Assembly: GCA_008690995.1 (NCBI GenBank) | Contig: VRMN01000010.1 | Location: 434,001 to 498,000 of the forward strand | Origin: Porphyridium purpureum | Lineage: Eukaryota | DNA: 64,000 nucleotides | Reading direction: 5' to 3' | Shown here: one piece after another, positions 9,873-20,878 of the stretch | Layout: every line of letters begins with the position of its first letter | How positions within the stretch are numbered: position 1 is the stretch's first letter | Position numbers and translations under genes: made by a program | Notes under the pieces: model-generated | Database searches by the model: none | The model's input: the letters and a program-made list of their open reading frames with translations, nothing else | What the model was told of the DNA's origin: nothing

Positions 9873-12800
9873 ATGGGCGACGAGAGCTCGGTGCCGTTCG
9901 TGTGTACGTGCTCGGCTCGTGGCGGGCTTGCATGCGGCGTGCATCGCGACGTGGTGTGGCTGCGTGCGAGCAAGCAGGAGGGTGCATGTGGTACTGCGTG
10001 GAAAGAGAGAGGCGGTGACGAACCGCAGTTGCGGATGGGAGGGTATAGTGTGCGAGCGCGTAGGGAATCGGGCGATGTTTGCGCGAGCGCGTTTGTTGCG
10101 GCTCTGGCCGCGGAAGGCGACGGGCTGTCGCGAGATGGCCGCGTGAGAAGGGGAGGCTGTTGCGTGCGTCGGCCTCTGACTGGAACGTTGAGCTGCGGCT
10201 TCTATGGTGATGTTCGTAAAGTGCAGCGATGTGTTTTGGAAGGCCGTGGCCCGAGCCAATGGCGTGATGTGTTCAGGGGCGTTCGCCCTGGTCGGCAGCG
10301 CCGCGGGCAGCTCTTAATCGCTCGCTCTTCGCAGAACGGCAACGGCTCGGTTTCGCCCGCGGAGCATCAGCCCGACGAAAATGCGGCGGGAGCGGATGGG
10401 AAAAGCTCAGTGTCTTCGTCATCCTCGTCGTCTGTGCCGTCGCTCTCATCGGCCCGAGCTTCACGGATGAGCACGCAGAAGGGCACGCTTTCGTCTTCAT
10501 CATCTTCAGTGAAATCGGCGGAGCAGCGGGAGAGGGAAAAGGGTAAAAGCTCAGACAAACTGAAGGACGACGAAACGCTTCAGCAACAGAGCAGCGCTGC
10601 CTGCGCTTCGTCTTCTCTGCAAAAACGCGAGGACGAGTCGTCAGGCTCGTCGCAGCGTCAGTTCCACTCTGCGCTTGGAAGCGAAGTGACTTCATCCGAG
10701 CTGGCGCAATGTATCAAGGCGAATCAAGATGAACAGCGACGTGTCCTGCAGTCTGTCTCGCAGATTTTATCGGGCATGGACTCCTTGCTGCTGTATCAGA
10801 ATGTCCTACAAGACAAGGGCATTGCGCGGCTGATTGAACTGCTGCGATTACTTGACCCGGCGTCCATGGAGGTCGAAGATGATGAGGATGACGACGACGA
10901 CTGTGGGGAGGGAGAAAACGATCATGACGAAGACCCAGAAGACGGCAGTAGCGACGAAGATAGTGACGATGAAGCATCTATGGGGATTGAAGACTCGGTT
11001 GTGACCCAAGGCCAACCGCGTGGCGTCGGCTCTTTGCTCACAGGAAAGGAGATGGGCAGGGCCAGGTCGGGTGCAGAGCAGACGCGCAGTCGGATAAAGA
11101 CAGGCTTGCGTGCAGCTCTCCAAGATCGTGGCAGCAGCAACAGCGGTCGCAATGGCGGCGGCAATGTTGGTGCAAATAGTCAGCTCAGCAGATCTGCCTC
11201 CTTTCTGCGCTCGTTCCGTATGAAAATACTGCCAGAGAATAAGTCTCCGCAAAGCGTCCAATCCACGAACGGGTCAGGCGCTAGCCGGCGCGCTTTGAAA
11301 GGTGCGCAGAAGGAGAAAGAGGCCCGCTTGAACTCAAGTCCATTGGCGAAAAAGTTAGAGAGCAAAGCGCATAGCCAACCGGAAAATCGCGAAACCAAAA
11401 GTGATGATACCTTGCATGAGTATGATCCATCCCGTCTCGATGAAGACGCGGAAGAAACGGCTTCTTTTGGGAAGACATATCTGGCGGATATCACGGAAGA
11501 CGAGTGGCAGACGATGGCGTTTTCGCCATACAACGAAGCGGCACTGCTGGAAGCATTTGGTGCGTTTTATCGCGTTTACGCAGAGACTGGGGCACGGTCG
11601 TGGAGGGAGCATGTAATAGATTGCATCATGCTAGACCAAAATCCTTTCACGCTTATGTGCCAACAGGCGGCGGATGCCATGACGGACGTTAGTGCCGGAA
11701 TCGGCTTTGCGTCCGGCGCCGTGCTTGATCATGTGGACACGGACATGCTTGCTGCAGCTAGGAGTGATCTAGAAAGGCTCGAACTGCTTTCTGTTTGCTC
11801 ACCTCAAGAGGTGTCGCGGTGGATTTACGTAGTGACGGGCGTTTGTACGGCGTTCGAGGATGAAACGTGGCCGGAGAGAGAAGCTCCAATCTCAGAAGGA
11901 AAAGCCAAAAAGGTCGTGGAGGACGCAGCCAGCGATCGTTCTCCCGTGCTTTCAAAGCTTTCTGCGCACACGCAGGGTTTGTCCGTCATCACAAAATGCG
12001 CCGAATTCGTGTTTGATGATGAGAATGCGAATGCCAAATGGGCGGGCTGCGTATCGCGTCTGGCAGCGTTCCACGCCAACCATGGCTCTGGTATGTTCGC
12101 CAAAGGTGCGTATTTTCGCTGGAATCTTGAGGAGCGCGTGCTCAGTTGGCACCCAGACAGCGCTGTCATCAGCATGCTTCCCAGGGTGCTGTTTGGTGTC
12201 GACGACGCGATCGCGTCCCTCTCGCGCAATCTGCAGTTCCTTCTGCACGGCTTTGCCGCCCAGCATACGCTTATTCTGGGCCCGCGTGGAAGTGGCAAGT
12301 CCGTACTGCTTAAGTATGTGGTTGCGGAGCTTAATCGCCGGACCGATTCGTCTCGGCTAAAAGTTATCGAGCTCGAACGTCTGTCCGACCTGATCGATAT
12401 TCGTTTAACATTGGAAACCGACTGGAACCTCCAGCGTCGGCGCTCGCTCAAGTTTGTGCTTGCAGTGGATGAGCTGGCGGTTGATGATGAAGACGATCTA
12501 CGAAGTGTGCTCTCTGTGCTTGATGGAGGCGTTCCGGGTTTGCCGCCAAATGTCGTTGTAATCGCGGCTGCGCGAGAGATGCACGGTTTCCACGGGACGT
12601 CCAGCGGATACGCTGAAGTGTTCAGCAGTGCCTTGAATGATGACAACGAGGCTGATCAAGGCGAAGAAGATGGCGGTCCAGGTGGTGCCAGTGGTCAGTT
12701 TCACGGAATGTTTGACGACGAGGGCCTTCTTGCGCTCAAAGAGCGATTCGCTTTGCAAATCAGGCTCCCAAACACAACACAGGAACGATACATGAATGCG

Positions 12801-13898
12801 GTGAAAACGCTGGCAGAGGAGCACGGCCTGTTGAACAATGCGCATGAGCAGCGAAATAATATCCACGCTGATATTCTTGAAATGAGGGCGTTGCGCTTTG
12901 CTCGGGAGCGGAGTTCCTACAGCTTGCGTGTAGCAACCCAATTTGTTACTTTTCTCCACAGTGAGCAAGCCCTATTCCGAGCCAGCCAAGTGGAGAAGGA
13001 GAGGCGGAAGCAGGCGCGGGCGCTGCGGAAAAATAAGGAAAAGTCATCTTTATCCGTTCGAACAAGCAAGAGCGAGAAGGCGGCCTCAAAGTTTTCAATC
13101 CGTTCGGATCGCGCAGTACCCGACGAGACCTCTGACGGGTCTGAGGAGACGGCCGAAGGAGAATATGATGAAGATGACGACTTTGAACGCAGATGGGCGG
13201 ACGCGCGAGCGGCGTTCAAGGCATCTGCGGCAGGGGCCGAAGAGATCAGAGCCATTGGGACGGACTCTGATGAATCCACAGCCTCTGAGTCAGAGGACGA
13301 TGATGCTGAAGAAACTGTCTCGGGTGAGTCGGACGCCGACCAGTTGCGCGGAATTCGTCTTGCAGAGATTTCGATCGATGATTTGCAACTCAAGTCTTCG
13401 GGTAGGGAGATGGCTGGCCTCGATGAGGACCAGAATCTTGGCCTGGGCGCAGACTTTGACCTGGACTACTCGAGCAGCAGATCATCGGGTAAATCTGTGG
13501 ATGATGGCAAGGAGATATCGCACGCTGCGGGTGATACTGGCGCCTCCTTTACGTCTGCGTCGGCTGGTTCTGATTCTGTACCTGACTCTGACCCCGTCTC
13601 GACATCCGGCTCACTACCGCGCAGTGGGGATGCAAGGGATGACCAAACTGGGGTTTCTGACCATGCCACCAGCGTCACGAGCGGAGGGAGCGATTCGGAC
13701 AGTCCGGTGAATGCGAACCTGGAGTTGGAACTCGTGGACGAGTCCGAGACTGACGGTGAGGCCGAGACCGAGCCCGAGACGGACCAGCAAGCAGACGTCG
13801 ACGATGTTACGACCGAGAAGGAAAGCAGGAGCTCGAAAGGCAGCAAGGACGACAAGCCGCCTCCGCCGTCGCATCGCAGGCGCAGGAACAAGAACTGA
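9873..13898 (+). CDS. DUF815-family AAA+ ATPase with long acidic/Ser-rich extensions, probably organelle-targeted
   Basis: Walker A GPRGSGKS, Walker B FVLAVDEL, LDGG..PPNVVV, ERFAL..TQERY and SLRVATQF match the DUF815 layout; basic N-terminus. Confidence 0.75.
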   Translation: MGDESSVPFVCTCSARGGLACGVHRDVVWLRASKQEGACGTAWKERGGDEPQLRMGGYSVRARRESGDVCASAFVAALAAEGDGLSRDGRVRRGGCCVRRPLTGTLSCGFYGDVRKVQRCVLEGRGPSQWRDVFRGVRPGRQRRGQLLIARSSQNGNGSVSPAEHQPDENAAGADGKSSVSSSSSSSVPSLSSARASRMSTQKGTLSSSSSSVKSAEQREREKGKSSDKLKDDETLQQQSSAACASSSLQKREDESSGSSQRQFHSALGSEVTSSELAQCIKANQDEQRRVLQSVSQILSGMDSLLLYQNVLQDKGIARLIELLRLLDPASMEVEDDEDDDDDCGEGENDHDEDPEDGSSDEDSDDEASMGIEDSVVTQGQPRGVGSLLTGKEMGRARSGAEQTRSRIKTGLRAALQDRGSSNSGRNGGGNVGANSQLSRSASFLRSFRMKILPENKSPQSVQSTNGSGASRRALKGAQKEKEARLNSSPLAKKLESKAHSQPENRETKSDDTLHEYDPSRLDEDAEETASFGKTYLADITEDEWQTMAFSPYNEAALLEAFGAFYRVYAETGARSWREHVIDCIMLDQNPFTLMCQQAADAMTDVSAGIGFASGAVLDHVDTDMLAAARSDLERLELLSVCSPQEVSRWIYVVTGVCTAFEDETWPEREAPISEGKAKKVVEDAASDRSPVLSKLSAHTQGLSVITKCAEFVFDDENANAKWAGCVSRLAAFHANHGSGMFAKGAYFRWNLEERVLSWHPDSAVISMLPRVLFGVDDAIASLSRNLQFLLHGFAAQHTLILGPRGSGKSVLLKYVVAELNRRTDSSRLKVIELERLSDLIDIRLTLETDWNLQRRRSLKFVLAVDELAVDDEDDLRSVLSVLDGGVPGLPPNVVVIAAAREMHGFHGTSSGYAEVFSSALNDDNEADQGEEDGGPGGASGQFHGMFDDEGLLALKERFALQIRLPNTTQERYMNAVKTLAEEHGLLNNAHEQRNNIHADILEMRALRFARERSSYSLRVATQFVTFLHSEQALFRASQVEKERRKQARALRKNKEKSSLSVRTSKSEKAASKFSIRSDRAVPDETSDGSEETAEGEYDEDDDFERRWADARAAFKASAAGAEEIRAIGTDSDESTASESEDDDAEETVSGESDADQLRGIRLAEISIDDLQLKSSGREMAGLDEDQNLGLGADFDLDYSSSRSSGKSVDDGKEISHAAGDTGASFTSASAGSDSVPDSDPVSTSGSLPRSGDARDDQTGVSDHATSVTSGGSDSDSPVNANLELELVDESETDGEAETEPETDQQADVDDVTTEKESRSSKGSKDDKPPPPSHRRRRNKN

Positions 13899-14319
13899 CT
13901 GTGGCGTTTTACACAGCATGGTGCAATGCTGGGACCTTCCGTCGGCTTTTGAGCGGCATCAACGAAGCCTGCAAGCTGGCTGCACACCTGGGAGATCTGA
14001 TTTATCCTGGTGCATTCGCATTTGCACTTGCATTCGCACGCGACCTTGATTGACTTGACCACACCGCGTTGCCCGCAACCTACTCACAGCACCACCACCA
14101 CCACCCCCCCCATCCAAACGTCAACCAATAAACCGTAAACCGCAACCGATAAGCCATAGCCGATAAACCGTAAACCGTTGACGATACCCTAAGTAACCCT
14201 AGCGTTCTCGCGCGCGGGCGTGCGGGGCGACGCGCTGCGCCGGCGAGGCTGCGCGACTGGTCGGTGTGTGTGTGTGTGTGTGTGTGGGCAGTGTTGTGGG
14301 TGGGTAGGGCGGCGTCGCG

Positions 14320-17300
14320 ATGAAGAAAAAGGTGGATGAGCGGATTCGCGGATGCATCGAAGGCGGCGTCGAGCGGCACCACCGCTCGGTGCTGATGCTC
14401 GTGGGCGATCGCGGGAAGTACCAGGTCGCCAACCTGCACTACATGCTGTCGCGCGCGTCCGTCAAGGCCACAAAGTCCGTGCTGTGGTGCTACAAGTCCG
14501 AGCTCGGGTTCTCCAGTAACCGCAAAAAGCGCATGCGCCATATTCAGCGCGACGCGCAGCGAGGGCTCGGATCCGTGCAGGACGCAACCTCCGACCCGTT
14601 CGAGTTGTTCATCAGTAGCACCAAGATCACCTACACGTTCTACCATGAGTCTGACAAAGTGCTCGGGCAGACGTTTGGCATGTGCGTGCTGCAGGACTTT
14701 GAGGCAATCACCCCCAATCTGCTTGCAAGGTGTCTGGAGAGCGTGCAAGGCGGCGGACTCATTGTCATCCTGATCCGCACCATGAATTCGCTCAGAGCAT
14801 TGTATAGTATGAGCATGGATGCACATGCCAAGTTCAAGACAGACGCATTCAGACACGTCATCCCGAGATTCAATGAGCGCTTCTTGCTCTCGTTGTGCGC
14901 GTGTCCCGTGGCCATCATCGCAGATGACGAACTCAATGTGCTGCCGGTCACGCAGAACATGCGCAAGGCGCTGACAGACATGACACAATCAAAGGCCTTT
15001 TTGCGAAGCCAAGAGGAAGCTGCCAGTAAAGCGACTCAGCTTGCAGAGCTGAAAAAGTCGTTTGACAGTAGCGATGCATCCCAACAGCTCCTCCATGGCC
15101 TTCTCAAACATGCAAAAACGCTCGACCAAGGGCGCGCGCTGCTTGGACTCTGCGAAGCCATCGGTGAGAAAACCTTACGGAGCACTGTTGCGCTGACTGC
15201 GGCGCGCGGGCGCGGAAAATCTGCAACGCTCGGCCTGGCGATAGCTATGGCGATCGGAGTCGAATATTCGAACATTTTCGTCTCCTCTCCAGCACCCGAG
15301 AACGTTCAAACGTTGTTCGAATTCGTCATTCATGGCTTACAAGCCATGGGTTACGAAGAGCACGAAGATTATGAAATCCTGAAATCGTCAGCGTCCTCGT
15401 CCGGCGCTATTCTGCGTATCAACGTGTTCCGCTCGCATCGACAGAGTGTGCAATATATCGATCCCCGCGATGCAGCGACGTCCGGGATGTCCCCGCTAAC
15501 TCAAGCCGAGCTCCTTGTGATTGATGAGGCGGCTGCAATTCCGTTACCCATTGTGCGCAACATGCTTGGGCCGTACCTGGTGTTTTTGTGCTCGACGATC
15601 TCTGGGTACGAAGGAACGGGACGATCACTGTCACTCAAGCTGTTCCAGGAGCTGAGGAAGGACGCTTTGTCTGCATCTGGATCAGGCGAGAGGCGCGGGC
15701 ATGGCCGCTTGTTCCAGGAAGTAAGCATGGTGGACCCCATTCGCTACGCCCATGGCGACCCGGTCGAGGCGTGGCTGAACGACCTTCTGTGTCTGGACTG
15801 TGGATCAGCCAGCACAGGCGGCGGCGCCGGGCCTCTCACCAGCGCGATCCCGCACCCAGACGAGTGCCTTTTGTATCGCGTCGACCGCGATGCTCTTTTT
15901 TCGCGTCACGCCGCCGCGGAACGTTTCCTGCGCAGCGTTATGGCGCTTTTTGTCAGCTCGCATTACAAAAACTCCCCGAATGACTTGCAGATGCTCAGCG
16001 ATGCGCCTGCACATCAGTTGTACGTGTTGCTTGCGCCAGTGGATGGAAATAAGACAAGGTCTGCGACAGCGCCGCCGCATGCTGCAGGACTCTTGCCGGA
16101 CGTACTGGTGGCAATCCAAGTCTGTCTTGAAGGGAACATTAGCGAGGACGCAGCGGCCGCAGTGACGTCTAGAGGGCATCGGGCGTCCGGCGATCTGATC
16201 CCATGGACGCTGGGACAGCAGTATCAAGACAGCCATTTCACAAGCCTCAACGGAGCACGCATTGTGCGGATCGCGACACATCCAGATGTGCAGAAGCTTG
16301 GGTATGGCTCTAGAGCAATGAAGCTTCTGCTAGATTACTTTCGCGGTAATCTGGTGTCGCTTATGGATGACATGGAAACTGGTGGCGAGCTGGGCGCTGG
16401 AGTCGACGTAGAGCAGGCGCTTTTGGAAGAAGGGAAAGCGGATGTCCGTCGCACACATGAAGCAAACGCCAGTGGCAACGATGATGAACTGCACCACGAA
16501 ATGCTTCAACCAAGAGACACCATTCCGCCGCTCTTGCAACGGGTCGAGAAAGTGAAGCAGCGCATGACGCTAGATTATGTTGGTGTCTCGTTTGGACTGA
16601 CGCAAAAGTTGTACCATTTTTGGCAGCGCCTGGGCTTCCATGCGCTGTACATCCGGCTCACGCCGAATGATCTGACTGGTGAGTTCAGCTGTATCGCTGT
16701 GCAGCCAGTGCATGCGGCCGGTGTGGAGTGGATGCGTTCGTTTCACGCAGATTTTCGGAGGCGCATTTTGCAGCTGCTAGGCTTTTCGCTTCGCGAGTGC
16801 GAGCCCGGGCTTGCGCTCGCGCTTTTGCAGGACATGGACCAGGGCTCATCCGAGACCAAAGCCGAAGTCCTTTCGAATGAGCGCGTGAGTGAGCTCTTCA
16901 GTCCGTACGACACGAAAAGGCTCGAGTCGTACAGTAGAAACCTAGTGGATTACCACGTTGTCTTGGACTTGGTGCCGGTACTGGCTCATCATTTCTTCTC
17001 GAATGCATTTGGATCCCAGCGAATAAGCATTTCTTTGGCACAGAGCGCGATTCTGATGTGCTTGGGTCTCCAGCGCAAGACGTTGGACGAGCTGGAGCGC
17101 ACCTTGCAGCTGCCGGCGAACCAGATCCTTGCCCTTTTCAACAAGATGATGCGTAAATTCTCAAAGATGGTCCAAGCGTGCCAAGAGGCCGCATTGACAG
17201 CTCGGGAGGACCAGCAGACTCCGAGTGCCCATCAGGACGCGAAGCGGCGCGTGGAACAAAGGGAAAAAGAAGGAATGAACCCATTGTCCAAGTCATTGGA

Positions 17301-17496
17301 GAAGGAACTCGGTAGCAGGGACCTGGCAGGACCGTATGGTTTGGGTAATGTGGAAACAGGCGCTCTGGACGAGGCAGTGAAAGGGATCACCGGCAGCGTG
17401 TCTGTTAAGCGCGCCATAGCCAATCCTCTTACTGAAACCCCTCAAGCACCAGTGGACGCGTCGACGACAAAAAAGCACAAAAAGAAGCACAAATGA
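14320..17496 (+). CDS. NAT10: RNA cytidine acetyltransferase
   Basis: MKKKVDERIR, VLWCYK, LTAARGRGKSA, IDEAAAIP, SSHYKNSPNDLQ and GARIVRIATHP..GYGSRA. Confidence 0.97.
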   Translation: MKKKVDERIRGCIEGGVERHHRSVLMLVGDRGKYQVANLHYMLSRASVKATKSVLWCYKSELGFSSNRKKRMRHIQRDAQRGLGSVQDATSDPFELFISSTKITYTFYHESDKVLGQTFGMCVLQDFEAITPNLLARCLESVQGGGLIVILIRTMNSLRALYSMSMDAHAKFKTDAFRHVIPRFNERFLLSLCACPVAIIADDELNVLPVTQNMRKALTDMTQSKAFLRSQEEAASKATQLAELKKSFDSSDASQQLLHGLLKHAKTLDQGRALLGLCEAIGEKTLRSTVALTAARGRGKSATLGLAIAMAIGVEYSNIFVSSPAPENVQTLFEFVIHGLQAMGYEEHEDYEILKSSASSSGAILRINVFRSHRQSVQYIDPRDAATSGMSPLTQAELLVIDEAAAIPLPIVRNMLGPYLVFLCSTISGYEGTGRSLSLKLFQELRKDALSASGSGERRGHGRLFQEVSMVDPIRYAHGDPVEAWLNDLLCLDCGSASTGGGAGPLTSAIPHPDECLLYRVDRDALFSRHAAAERFLRSVMALFVSSHYKNSPNDLQMLSDAPAHQLYVLLAPVDGNKTRSATAPPHAAGLLPDVLVAIQVCLEGNISEDAAAAVTSRGHRASGDLIPWTLGQQYQDSHFTSLNGARIVRIATHPDVQKLGYGSRAMKLLLDYFRGNLVSLMDDMETGGELGAGVDVEQALLEEGKADVRRTHEANASGNDDELHHEMLQPRDTIPPLLQRVEKVKQRMTLDYVGVSFGLTQKLYHFWQRLGFHALYIRLTPNDLTGEFSCIAVQPVHAAGVEWMRSFHADFRRRILQLLGFSLRECEPGLALALLQDMDQGSSETKAEVLSNERVSELFSPYDTKRLESYSRNLVDYHVVLDLVPVLAHHFFSNAFGSQRISISLAQSAILMCLGLQRKTLDELERTLQLPANQILALFNKMMRKFSKMVQACQEAALTAREDQQTPSAHQDAKRRVEQREKEGMNPLSKSLEKELGSRDLAGPYGLGNVETGALDEAVKGITGSVSVKRAIANPLTETPQAPVDASTTKKHKKKHK

Positions 17497-18097
17497 AGCA
17501 TCGTATAGAGCTTAAAATAATGCCTGCTTCCATGCGAATTGATTCTGTGATTTCTTTGACTCTTTGCTTCGGCTCCGTTGGGAAAGCGTATGCGTCCATG
17601 AAATTGGAGCGGTGCGAACACGACAGCTTTCAAATAAATTCCCATGTGTATCTTCCTTGCAGTGATTCGCAGAGTATCGCACGTTGCTCGGACACCAAAT
17701 CGCAAGCGAGATCCCTCTGTGAAAATGATATACTTGTGGAACTTCACCAACAGATGAATGTGGCTGTCCAATCGAAGCCGAGGTCCCGACCTCATCAACA
17801 AGTTGCCTGCCAAAGCGTGCGAGATCGAGCTCAACCATATCCCGTCAAAATGCAAGCAGCTCGTAAAACGATCATCTGGCCCAGCGTGAGACAAAACCCC
17901 CCAAAAAAACAAAAAAACAAAGGCGATAGACATAACCGCCATTAACCACCCCGCTTGAATTTTCACGTATTGCGTGATTGTCCTAGATTAAGTGGAATCT
18001 GTTTCCACTCATGAGCCCTGCGCTCCGAGCAGGGCGTTTGACGTCATCGCGCGATTATATTCGCCCCATCCTTCTGAGTTTAATTTACTGGAAGGAT

Positions 18098-20878
18098 TTA
18101 CCACGAGCCCCGCTCTGGAATGGCAAAGACGAGATGCTCAACACCCCACCCAGCCTTTGCCGCATCTTGCTTAAACTTTGACTGCATTTTCTTAGCATTC
18201 TGCAGTGCTTGCTTCAACCTTTCCCTGCGCTCGCTCTCAACCTGGGACAGCTCCGGCTCGCGAGTGGCTCCACGATTCCAGATCAAACGGCCACCCATGT
18301 TGAGCACCGGATCAAGCCACGTCCCGCTTCCAGTGCTTTGCCTTCTCTGCAAATCCATCGACCGTCGCTCGCTGCGCAAGAGTCGGATCAAGTACGCGCG
18401 TGTCATCAGAGCACACAGAACGTCGGGGCTTCTAGCATCCTTGTGTAGTACAATCCTGACCGTGTACGGATTCGGCACGGCACCGCCGCTCGCGGACGAA
18501 AGCGAAGCAGCCTTGGCCCTTGTGTCCCTTTCGTAGTTCACCATAAACTTTTCGGATCCAAAAATGGAGAGCAGCGACTCGAGCTCCTGCGGTGTCGCGA
18601 CCATCTTGCTGACCGATGTGAAAGTACCCCACGGACAGTTTTGCGGTGGCAGAAAAATACGCTCGTGCTTGTTAACCTGCTCAGGTGACATGATTTGCCA
18701 CTGCTTGTTTGTCTGATTTTTGCCCCTTTCCTTTCCATCCCCATCGCTCGAGCTACGAAGGTACTCTTTGATCACGAGGCACGCACGCTCCGGATTGAAC
18801 GTGCGGAAGACCACCTGTCTCAACTCGGCGTAAATGGCGGCGATATCGAGCGACGATAGCACCACGTAAGCCGCGAGCACGCGCGTGCGGTCGAGGTTGA
18901 ATGATTTGCTCAGCCGCACGCCAAATGTCATGCCAATCAAATCTGCCACGACGATCTGTGCCTCGCCCTTTGCCGTGATATTGCCCATATTGTCGCGGCT
19001 CCCGCCAAACGAGCGGTACATGGCGTTGCGCGTTGCTGAAGCAGTCAGCATAGACGTTTGCTTGAGGGTGGTGGCCAGCGAAGCCAGGACCACGAACGAC
19101 GCCGGAAAGATCTGTGTGATAATTTCCAGTCCGTTTCCCACCGCATACATGAGCGCCGACCGGAAACGCCACCGCTTCGGGTCAACGTCAAAGTGCTTTC
19201 CTTTGCCTCCCGCCCAAGCCATTTTGCCCACTCGACCCAGGCCGTCCTTGATGATCCAGGACACCGTGGCCGCCTGTCCAATCTTACCAGACTTGATTCC
19301 GACCGCGAGTAACAAGGCTTGAGTTCCGAACACACCGACGGTCGCGGACATGATCCGCTGCACAAAGCGCCACGCCGAAAAACTGTAATAATCTGGACTC
19401 ACGTCTTCCGGAATGAACGCATGCTTAAGCAGCGCGAACTGATGCTGAAGAAAGCGCCGCAGGGCCAGCTCATCGTCGCTTTCTCCGGCCATCGCATCTC
19501 TCCCGCCACCCAGCACCTGTTTCTTCATATCAAACGAGCGCGTTTCGTCATTCCACTCGAGCTCGTTCACGCGCGGACCGAAAATATCCGCAACGATGCG
19601 CCGCTTGGACGCGGTCGCCGCGTGTGCAGAACGCGAAAGCAGGCCTGCCATGCTGTTTGCTGCGACAACCCCACTCACCGCAAAGGCTAGTGATCCCAGG
19701 TTCGGAGAAGGCCGCAATTGAGTGAAAGGCGCATGCGGAGCTACGCCATGGCGGGTGTAGAGGGAAAGAACCGTGCGACACGAGAGTGCGCCGATCGTAA
19801 TTTCGCGGCGAAATTCATCCATTATGGATGCGAATGATGCGCGGCTCTTGCCTAGACGCAGTATGTGCTGCAATCTCGCCAGCGCACGCGTCTCTGACCG
19901 AGAGCCGTTACTCAAGCCACGCAAGCACGCTCGCTGCGCAAGGGTGACTGCATTGTACTGCATGTTGATGATCCCGTAATCCGTTGGAAGTGCCGGCATT
20001 CTCAAGGGGCTCGGTACCGGTTCGCCGCGATGCCGCACACGTGCGTACGCCTTGCAGCGATGCAAAGCCCAAGCGGTATTGTCAAATTCACGGGCCGCGC
20101 TCCTTTCTGCACCGAAAAGCCAGATGGCGCCGATGCGACGCGCAAAGTCTCCACAGATCTCTAGCGCCGATGCGCCGACTTGCGATGGAGATAGCAGCAA
20201 AAGATCGCTGTGCATTCTCTGCAAACGGCTCTGCAGATCATTTATGCAGCCCGCCTCGTCGCGGTCTCTCTCCGTGAGCGGCCGTTCGGCGCCCGCTGAT
20301 CCGGTCACAGCCGCGTACATTCTGTCTGACAGGACATACACTGGGACCAGCCTGACTCCCTGCGCGACGCACGCGCTGACCGCACGCGCGAACACCTCGT
20401 GATCAAGCAAGCGGCACATGCCAGCCGGCACGTACACCACGGCGGTCCGCTCCCCGGCGCCCGCGCGCGCATGCACGAGTCTCCTCCGCAGCTCTTCCCC
20501 ACCGCACGGCGCGCGCGCGCGATCCGCCTCGACGGCACATCCCTCACACGCATACGCGCTGCGTCTCGACTCGCCTCGATTCCGACGCTGTTGCCGTTGC
20601 CGTTGCCGAGCAGATGCCACCACCACGTTGCGCGGTCGGCTCGCAAGCCGCCCCGCCTCTTCCCCAGCGCCGGGCACCCGCTGCCGCACTACATGCACAG
20701 GCACTGCCACAAAGCATGGCATGTCCATCGCGCGCATCCACTCCACTATCACCACCACCACCACCACCACCACCACGCCGATCTTCTCCTTCCCGCTTCT
20801 CCCCGTCTTGCTCTCTCTCCACACGACTCCGATCGAGCCGCGTGGGGCCGCACCGCGCATGCCCCATTCCATTGCCAT
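18098..20878 (-). CDS. RUS (root UV-B sensitive)/DUF647 family protein with an N-terminal degenerate photolyase-like region; true start may be 20737 or 20728
   Basis: C-terminal half has VSPDYYSFSAWR, WIIKDGLG, FDVDPKRWR, NMGNITAKGE and FRTFNPER; N-terminal half has CRLLDH..LVPVYVL and SETRALARL. Confidence 0.8.
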   Translation of the reverse strand: MAMEWGMRGAAPRGSIGVVWRESKTGRSGKEKIGVVVVVVVVVIVEWMRAMDMPCFVAVPVHVVRQRVPGAGEEAGRLASRPRNVVVASARQRQRQQRRNRGESRRSAYACEGCAVEADRARAPCGGEELRRRLVHARAGAGERTAVVYVPAGMCRLLDHEVFARAVSACVAQGVRLVPVYVLSDRMYAAVTGSAGAERPLTERDRDEAGCINDLQSRLQRMHSDLLLLSPSQVGASALEICGDFARRIGAIWLFGAERSAAREFDNTAWALHRCKAYARVRHRGEPVPSPLRMPALPTDYGIINMQYNAVTLAQRACLRGLSNGSRSETRALARLQHILRLGKSRASFASIMDEFRREITIGALSCRTVLSLYTRHGVAPHAPFTQLRPSPNLGSLAFAVSGVVAANSMAGLLSRSAHAATASKRRIVADIFGPRVNELEWNDETRSFDMKKQVLGGGRDAMAGESDDELALRRFLQHQFALLKHAFIPEDVSPDYYSFSAWRFVQRIMSATVGVFGTQALLLAVGIKSGKIGQAATVSWIIKDGLGRVGKMAWAGGKGKHFDVDPKRWRFRSALMYAVGNGLEIITQIFPASFVVLASLATTLKQTSMLTASATRNAMYRSFGGSRDNMGNITAKGEAQIVVADLIGMTFGVRLSKSFNLDRTRVLAAYVVLSSLDIAAIYAELRQVVFRTFNPERACLVIKEYLRSSSDGDGKERGKNQTNKQWQIMSPEQVNKHERIFLPPQNCPWGTFTSVSKMVATPQELESLLSIFGSEKFMVNYERDTRAKAASLSSASGGAVPNPYTVRIVLHKDARSPDVLCALMTRAYLIRLLRSERRSMDLQRRQSTGSGTWLDPVLNMGGRLIWNRGATREPELSQVESERRERLKQALQNAKKMQSKFKQDAAKAGWGVEHLVFAIPERGSW

